Part shown: piece by piece, positions 8,036-13,592 of the stretch
How positions within the stretch are numbered: position 1 is the first letter of the stretch
How the letters are laid out: every line of letters begins with the position of its first letter
Origin: Candidatus Eiseniibacteriota bacterium
Lineage (GTDB): Bacteria > Eisenbacteria > RBG-16-71-46 > DASYSL01
DNA length: 13,592 nt
Direction: 5' to 3'
NCBI GenBank assembly: GCA_046598045.1
Contig: JBKJJJ010000176.1
Span: 1 to 13,592 of the forward strand
The notes under the pieces: model-generated
Told to the model about the DNA's origin: nothing
Seen by the model: the letters and a program-made list of their open reading frames with translations, nothing else
Databases searched by the model: none
Made by a program: the position numbers and the translations under genes

Positions 8036-8602
8036 TTGGGCGCGGCCCATCCATCGATTCGAGCGGCACTCACGTGCGCGATCCTGCTGGTGAGCGCTCC
8101 ATGGATCGCGCCACGAGCGGGCGCACTGAGCTATCCTCAACCACCCGGAATTTCCAATCGGATCGGGCGGGCCGAGGTCATCCTCGTCGGACACTTCGCC
8201 GACCGAGTCCGGCAAGCCGGCGTCCGGAAGTTCTCGAGTGGCCAGGAGATTCTCGTCGACACGACCCTGGTTGACTCCCGGTCGCCCCGCGTTCGCCTGG
8301 AGGTTCCGCCCCGAGACCTCAAGCTTTCTCCGACCTATTTCGGTCCGTCGCCGCAGAGATCCGGACGCTGGATCATCCTCTACAAACGCGGCGCAACGGG
8401 ACTGGCTCTCGAGCAGACGCCGATCCGGCTGCCAGCGAATGTCGAGGACACGGATCGCCTGCTCGATGAGCTTGCTGACTCGCTCGCGGTGTCGAGGAAC
8501 CCGAACTTCGGCGCGGTGGCTCGCTATCTACTTGAGGGGCGCGAACACCAGACGATGTCGCGCAGGCATGGTCTCCACAAGTACGACGCGTCGGGTAAGT
8601 GA
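8036..8602 (+). CDS. Hypothetical exported protein
   Basis: N-terminal hydrophobic signal-like stretch; fills the gap between neighbours, with GTGA overlap with the next gene. Codon usage less GC3-biased. TTG start uncertain. Confidence 0.55.
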   Translation: MGAAHPSIRAALTCAILLVSAPWIAPRAGALSYPQPPGISNRIGRAEVILVGHFADRVRQAGVRKFSSGQEILVDTTLVDSRSPRVRLEVPPRDLKLSPTYFGPSPQRSGRWIILYKRGATGLALEQTPIRLPANVEDTDRLLDELADSLAVSRNPNFGAVARYLLEGREHQTMSRRHGLHKYDASGK

Positions 8603-9579
8603 ATCTCAGCCCGCCACGTGTGTTTTCCGTAATCGTCGGCGTCGCCACCTTCATCGCCCTGGTTCCGCTGAGCATCGCCGTCCACGGGCTCACCGCCAAG
8701 TCAGGCCACGCCGACGCCGCGCTCGTCTTCGGCAACACGGTCGAGCGCACGGGGCTCCCCTCGAAGCGCCTCGCCGCGCGCCTGGACGCGGCGCACGCCC
8801 TGTTCGCGGCGAAGCAGGTGCGGTGGATCCTCGTCAGCGGGGGCGTGGGCAAGGAGGGCTTCGACGAGGCGCATGTGATGCAGCGCTACCTGCACGCCCG
8901 TGCCATCCCCGACAGCGCGCTGATAGAGGACGCGCACGGCATCAACACGCTCGCGTCCTGCGTCGACGCGCGCATCCTGCTCGCGCCGCGCGGCGCGCGC
9001 AGCGTCGTGTTGGTCACGCAATGGTTCCATCTCCTGCGCGCGCGCGTGACCGCGGAACGCGCCGGCCTCGTCGTCGTGGGCGCATCCGCGCCGCACTTCT
9101 TCGAGCCCCGTGACGCGTGGTCGCTCGCACGCGAAACGGTCGGGCTCCCGGTCTACGTGCTCCGGCTCGCGCTCATGCGGCACGCCGAGGTCGACCCCGC
9201 CGTCATCGCGCAGGCCGACCTCGACGAGGCGACGCGCCGTTACGCCGACTGCGTCCTTCGCATGGACTCCGCCGGAATCGCGGCGATGTTCACCGAGGAC
9301 GGGGAGATGGTCGACACCGGCCGCCCGCCGACGCGGGGCCCGCTGGCGATTCGCACGATGCTCGAGGGCTTCGCGGCGCACCACGTACTCGAGGAGTCGA
9401 TGGTCGCGGACTCGGTGCGCATCGCGGGGGACCAGGCCTTCCAGGCGGGCGCGTTTCGACAACTCGTCCGGCTGCCGGATGGCAACGTCGTGATCGCCCA
9501 CGGGCGCTATGCCTCCGACTGGGTCAAGGTGGCGGGCGCGTGGCGAATCCGGCGCATGGCGACCGCGCCGGGAGGATGA
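8599..9579 (+). CDS. YdcF/DUF218 (SanA/ElyC-like) protein fused to a C-terminal SnoaL/NTF2-like domain
   Basis: N-terminal TM helix; ALVFG, RLDAA, ILVSGG.G, EAHVM..YL, ED..G.NT, VLVTQWFH..RA, ARE motifs. From ~9175, an NTF2-like pattern (D...IAAMFTEDG, GPLAIR, G.Y...W.K..G.WRI). Confidence 0.8.
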   Translation: MNLSPPRVFSVIVGVATFIALVPLSIAVHGLTAKSGHADAALVFGNTVERTGLPSKRLAARLDAAHALFAAKQVRWILVSGGVGKEGFDEAHVMQRYLHARAIPDSALIEDAHGINTLASCVDARILLAPRGARSVVLVTQWFHLLRARVTAERAGLVVVGASAPHFFEPRDAWSLARETVGLPVYVLRLALMRHAEVDPAVIAQADLDEATRRYADCVLRMDSAGIAAMFTEDGEMVDTGRPPTRGPLAIRTMLEGFAAHHVLEESMVADSVRIAGDQAFQAGAFRQLVRLPDGNVVIAHGRYASDWVKVAGAWRIRRMATAPGG

Positions 9580-9584
9580 TCGGA

Positions 9585-10223
9585 ATGCAAAGGGAACCGA
9601 CGCACGGCCGCCGGGTAGTTCCCTTCATGCGACCCATCCCGTCTTGGATTGCGCTGCTGGTGCTTGCCCTTCTGCAGCCAAGCCCCGCAGTGAGCGCCAC
9701 GGCGAGCGACTCCACGCTCGCGGGGATTCGCAAGGGATTCCCGATCACGATCCTCCGAGCGGACGGCACGCAGGTGAAGGCGACGTTTCTCGGGATGGCG
9801 ACGAACCCTCCACGTCTCCTGCTCGCCGAGCCGCACACGCGCAGTTGGGGTGGGACCCGAAGGTACGAGTTGTCGATCGCCGAAATCCGCTCGGTCGAGG
9901 GCAAGATCGCTCCGACCGCAAAACCACGCCGAATCCTCGTCGGCGCGATGGTCGGGATGGTGGCGGGGGGAATCCTGGGGGCCGCCACGCCGCTCGACCG
10001 GGGTGGGACCAGGCCAGCCAGCCCGGACTGGAATGCGTTCCCATACGGGGACGGCCGCATCACCAATATCGCGGACGGAGCGGCCGCGGGAAGCATCCTC
10101 GGGGCGCTGATCGGCCTCCTCGCGACCCCATCCCGCGGGGCCGCTCGCCGATGGACGTTCCCGTCGGCGCCCGGAGGAGCCTCTTTCGCACCCCCGGACT
10201 CCGCCCAAGTCCCCATTCGATAA
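9585..10223 (+). CDS. Hypothetical exported/membrane protein with Gly-rich hydrophobic helices
   Basis: Signal peptide MRPIPSWIALLVLALLQPSPAVSA, small beta-rich domain, and two GxxxG-rich segments (GAMVGMVAGGILGAA; GAAAGSILGALIGLL). Possible starts at 9576, 9585 (GGAGG SD) or 9627. Confidence 0.6.
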   Translation: MQREPTHGRRVVPFMRPIPSWIALLVLALLQPSPAVSATASDSTLAGIRKGFPITILRADGTQVKATFLGMATNPPRLLLAEPHTRSWGGTRRYELSIAEIRSVEGKIAPTAKPRRILVGAMVGMVAGGILGAATPLDRGGTRPASPDWNAFPYGDGRITNIADGAAAGSILGALIGLLATPSRGAARRWTFPSAPGGASFAPPDSAQVPIR

Positions 10224-10248
10224 AGTGTTGCGAACCCCGGCGGGGGCC

Positions 10249-10277
10249 TTGCCGACCCCGGCCCGCCTTCCTATAAT
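10249..10277 (+). promoter_or_regulatory. Strong sigma70 promoter of the 2-oxoacid dehydrogenase operon
   Basis: TTGCCG (10249-10254), 17 bp, perfect TATAAT (10272-10277). Confidence 0.8.
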
Positions 10278-10402
10278 GCCCGGGACCAAGAAACGCGCCG
10301 GCAGAACACCCCTCTTTATGGATTCCCTGCCGCAGGGCCGGCCCTGAGCCCGGCACACATCGCGCATCCTGACCCGACGCAGACCCATGAAAGGGGGCCT
10401 CG

Positions 10403-11428
10403 GTGAGCACGCGTACGAAGACCGCCACAAGCGGTCTCAGCAGAGTCGGCCTGTCCGAAGACCGCGCCAAGGAGCTGTACCGCCGCCTGTACACGTCGCG
10501 CCTGATCGACGAACGCGGCCGCAAGCTCTTCCGCCAGGGCCGCATGCTGGGCAATATGTACACCGCCGTCGGACAGGAGGCGATCACGCTCGTCCCGGCG
10601 TTCCTGCTCAAGGAACTCGACTTCATCGGGCCGTCGCACAGGGAGCTGCCGGCGTCGGTCGGCAAGGGCGTTCCGCTCAAGGCGATCTTCGCGCAGATCC
10701 TCGCGCGCGCCGTCTCGCCCGATCGCGGCAAGTCCCACCCGTGCCATTACGGCTACGCGCCGCTGCGCGTCCTGACGCCGGCTTCGACGGTCGCCGCCCA
10801 GGTCGTGGTCGCCACCGGCGTTGCCCTCGCCTACAAGTTGCAGAAGAACGGACTGGTCGCGATCGCCTACACGGGCGATGGCGGAACCGCGCGCGGCGAC
10901 TTTCACGAGGCGCTCAACTTCGGCGCCGTGCACAAGCTGCCGGTCGTGTACTTCGTCCAGAACAACCTGTGGGCGGAGTCGGTGCCGCTCTCGCTGCAGA
11001 CCGCGCTCGTCGACCTGTCGGACCGCGCGAAGGCCTACGGCATGCCCGGCATCACGATCGACGGCAACGACGTGCTCGAGGTCTACGAGACCGCGCAGAA
11101 GGCAATCGAGCGCGCCCGCAATGGCGAAGGCCCGACGCTGATCGAGGGCAAGACCTATCGCTGGTACGGCCACTCCGAGATCGATCCGGCGAACTACCGC
11201 AGCGACGAGGAGGTCAACGCCTGGAAGGCGAAGGATCCGCTCCCGCGCTACGAGAAGATCCTGGTCGAAGAGGGCGTGTTCAAGCCGGGCGAAGGCGCCG
11301 AGATCCAGGCGCAGATCCAGAAGGACATCGAAGAGGCCCTCGCGTGGGCCGAGGCGCAGCCCTATGCGACCGCCGAGGCGACGTACGAGGATGTCTTCGC
11401 GCCGGGCACGTTCGGCGGATACAAGTAG
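10403..11428 (+). CDS. TPP-dependent 2-oxoacid dehydrogenase E1 alpha subunit (pyruvate/branched-chain type)
   Basis: GQEA, SHR, TPP motif GDGGTARGDFHEALNFGAVHKLPVVYFVQNN, DGND, TYRWYGHS..DP..YR. GTG start with AAGGGGG SD. Confidence 0.93.
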   Translation: MSTRTKTATSGLSRVGLSEDRAKELYRRLYTSRLIDERGRKLFRQGRMLGNMYTAVGQEAITLVPAFLLKELDFIGPSHRELPASVGKGVPLKAIFAQILARAVSPDRGKSHPCHYGYAPLRVLTPASTVAAQVVVATGVALAYKLQKNGLVAIAYTGDGGTARGDFHEALNFGAVHKLPVVYFVQNNLWAESVPLSLQTALVDLSDRAKAYGMPGITIDGNDVLEVYETAQKAIERARNGEGPTLIEGKTYRWYGHSEIDPANYRSDEEVNAWKAKDPLPRYEKILVEEGVFKPGEGAEIQAQIQKDIEEALAWAEAQPYATAEATYEDVFAPGTFGGYK

Positions 11429-11432
11429 CCGC

Positions 11433-11924
11433 GTGAGCGCAGGCTTGCTCGATCCCCGGCCGGCATCGGAGTCGGCCACCGAGATGGTGCAGCTCGTCCT
11501 GCCCGACGACACGAACCCGATCGGGAACGTGCTCGGCGGGACGGCGATGCACTGGATCGACATCGTCGCCGCGATCACCTCGCACCGCCACGCGCGCCGG
11601 CTGTGCGTGACCGCCTCGATGGACGACCTGTCCTTCGATGCGCCGATCCGGATGGGGGACGTCGCGCACCTGAAGGCGCGCGTGACCCACACCTCGAAGC
11701 GTTCGATCGAAGTGCAGGTCGACGTGGAGAGCGAAAACCTGAGCACTGGCGGTCGCCGCCACACCAGCACCGCCTTCTTGACGTTCGTCGCGATCGACGA
11801 TCAGGGCCGCCCCGTTCCCGTGCCGCCGCTCCTGGTGGGGCCCGAGGACGAGGCCGATTATCGAGCGGCCGAGATCCGTTACCGCGAACGCCAGCAGCGC
11901 CGCGCCCAGCGCGGCACAACTTGA
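11433..11924 (+). CDS. Hotdog-fold acyl-CoA thioesterase (YciA-like)
   Basis: LVLPDDTNPIGNVLGG...WID, VTASMD.LSF..PI..GD, RSIEV, AFLTFVAIDDQGRPVPVP. GTG start 4 nt after the E1 alpha stop. Confidence 0.9.
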   Translation: MSAGLLDPRPASESATEMVQLVLPDDTNPIGNVLGGTAMHWIDIVAAITSHRHARRLCVTASMDDLSFDAPIRMGDVAHLKARVTHTSKRSIEVQVDVESENLSTGGRRHTSTAFLTFVAIDDQGRPVPVPPLLVGPEDEADYRAAEIRYRERQQRRAQRGTT

Positions 11925-11963
11925 GCCGCGGGATGCGGTCGAACCGTTAGCCACGAGGAGTCC

Positions 11964-12986
11964 ATGGCCACGACGATGCAGGAGAAGGACACGTCCGACG
12001 CTTCCCGCCCGAAGACGATGATCGAGGCGATCACGGAGGCGATGTACGAGGAGATGGAAGCCGACGAGCGGGTGTTCTGCATCGGCGAGGACATCGGGTT
12101 CTACGGCGGCGTGTTCAAGGCCACGAAGGGCCTGTGGGAGAAGTTCGGCGCGGACCGCGTGATCGACTCCCCGCTGTCCGAGTCGATGATCGTGGGCGCG
12201 GGCGTCGGCGCGGCGCTGGTCGGCATGCGTCCGATCCCCGAGATCCAGTTCGCCGACTTCATCACCTGCGGCATCGACCAGATCGTCGAACAGGCCTCGC
12301 GCATGCGCTATCGCACCGGCGGCAGCTGGACCTGCCCGGTCGTGATCCGCTGCCCGTACGGCGGCGACGTGTCGGGCGGCCTCTACCACTCGCAGTCGGT
12401 CGAGGCCTGGTTCGTGCACACGCCGGGCATCAAGGTGTGCGTGCCCGCGTTCCCGTCCGACGCCAAGGCGATGCTCAAGGCCGCGATCAGGGACCCGGAC
12501 CCGGTTCTGTTCTTCGAGCACAAGAAGCTCTACCGCTCGTTCAAGGAAGTCCTGCCCGAGGGCGACGTCACGATGGAGCTCGGTCCCGCGGCGATCCGCC
12601 GGATGGGCACGCACGTGACCGCCTACTCGTACGGCCTCACGCTCCATCACACGCTCAAGGCCGCGGAGATCGTCGCCCAGGAGGGCATCGAGGTCGAAGT
12701 CGTCGACCTGCGCTGCCTCCAGCCGCTCGACAGAGAGACCATCTGCGCGAGCGCGAAGAAGACCGGCAAGTGCGTGATCATCCACGAGGACCAGCGCACG
12801 CTCGGCGTGGGCGCGGAGATCGCGGCCACCATCACCGAGAGCGTGTTCGAGTACCTCGACGCGCCGATCTTCCGTGTCACCGCGCCCGATGTCCCTGCCA
12901 TGCCGTTCGCGCCCACGATGGAGCACGAGTTCCTGCCCAACGTGGAGAAGATCGTGCACACCCTGCGGCAGGCTGCCGCGTACTAA
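11964..12986 (+). CDS. 2-oxoacid dehydrogenase E1 beta subunit (likely branched-chain type)
   Basis: GEDIG..GGVFKATKGL, RVIDSPLSE, EIQFADF, GGLYHSQSVEA, DPDPVLFFEHK, DLR.L.PLD. GAGGAG SD. Confidence 0.95.
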   Translation: MATTMQEKDTSDASRPKTMIEAITEAMYEEMEADERVFCIGEDIGFYGGVFKATKGLWEKFGADRVIDSPLSESMIVGAGVGAALVGMRPIPEIQFADFITCGIDQIVEQASRMRYRTGGSWTCPVVIRCPYGGDVSGGLYHSQSVEAWFVHTPGIKVCVPAFPSDAKAMLKAAIRDPDPVLFFEHKKLYRSFKEVLPEGDVTMELGPAAIRRMGTHVTAYSYGLTLHHTLKAAEIVAQEGIEVEVVDLRCLQPLDRETICASAKKTGKCVIIHEDQRTLGVGAEIAATITESVFEYLDAPIFRVTAPDVPAMPFAPTMEHEFLPNVEKIVHTLRQAAAY

Positions 12987-12996
12987 GGAGTCGACC

Positions 12997-13592
12997 GTGC
13001 CGATTTCGATCGTCGTGCCGCAGCTGGGCGAGAGCGTGGTCGAGGGGACCATCACGAAGTGGCTCAAGAAGGTCGGCGACCCCATCCGCGAGGAGGAGCC
13101 GCTGGTCGAGATCATGACCGACAAGATCACCATCGAGGTGCCGTCCGCCGGCTCGGGGACGCTCGCCAGGATCCTGGTCGAGTCGGGCACCGTGCCGATC
13201 GGCGAGAAGATCGCCTACCTCCTCACCGCCGGCGAGACCGAGGCCGACCTGCCCGCCGAGGGTGCGCCCGCCGGCCCGGGATCGTCGACCGCGCACGCCG
13301 CGCCCAAGCCGCAGCCCGCGGCCGCCGGCGCCGCGACCGCGACCGCCGAGGCGAAGACCGAGCAGCCGCATTCCGCCGCGTCGCCCGCGGGCTCGCGCCC
13401 GCAAGGGGATGCGCCCACGCGCTCCGGCACGTCTATCGCACAGGGTGTGAGCGCCGCCCCGGCGCCCGCGCCCCAAGGGCCGGCGGCCGGGTTCAGCGGG
13501 CCGCAGGGAGGCAATGGGCACGCGCGCTATTCCCCGGTCGTGCGCCGGCTCTCCAGGGAGCACGAGGTCGATCCCGCGTGGGTCAAGGGCTC
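12997..13592 (+). CDS. Dihydrolipoamide acyltransferase E2 (partial; runs off the window end)
   Basis: GTG start with AAGGAG SD. Lipoyl domain MPISIVVPQLGESVVEGTITKWLKKVGD...EIMTDKITIEVPS, Ala/Pro linker, and peripheral subunit-binding domain RYSPVVRRLSREHEVD. Absent from the ORF track because it has no stop in the window. Confidence 0.92.
   Translation, partial: MPISIVVPQLGESVVEGTITKWLKKVGDPIREEEPLVEIMTDKITIEVPSAGSGTLARILVESGTVPIGEKIAYLLTAGETEADLPAEGAPAGPGSSTAHAAPKPQPAAAGAATATAEAKTEQPHSAASPAGSRPQGDAPTRSGTSIAQGVSAAPAPAPQGPAAGFSGPQGGNGHARYSPVVRRLSREHEVDPAWVKG

Noticed and set aside
10235..10246. CCCCGGCGGGGG hairpin as an intrinsic terminator
   Set aside because: Very short stem and no U-tract.
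10333..10397. TPP riboswitch upstream of a TPP-dependent enzyme (CTGAG and CCTGAC words)
   Set aside because: Lacks the UGAGA core and the P4/P5 architecture; kept only as a generic structured-leader candidate.

Overview
High-GC bacterial chromosomal window. From left to right: (1) a ~390 bp non-coding array of nested palindromes, including four 16-bp parS-like sites, at the left edge; (2) a minus-strand mazG-DUF1844 pair with a likely leaderless promoter; (3) a divergent plus-strand operon of alanine racemase, a stand-alone UvrD/PcrA-type C-terminal Tudor domain protein, cytidine deaminase, deoxyribose-phosphate aldolase with an unusual ~88 aa N-terminal extension (microcompartment encapsulation-peptide-like helix plus a Cys cluster), and thymidine/pyrimidine-nucleoside phosphorylase; (4) an accessory run of DinB-like, cupin, hypothetical, SH3-like secreted, and YdcF(DUF218)-SnoaL fusion genes; (5) a strong sigma70 promoter and a potentially structured leader ahead of a 2-oxoacid (probably branched-chain) dehydrogenase operon (E1 alpha, an inserted acyl-CoA thioesterase, E1 beta, E2 truncated by the window end). 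All calls come from motif recognition by eye; no database searches were run.
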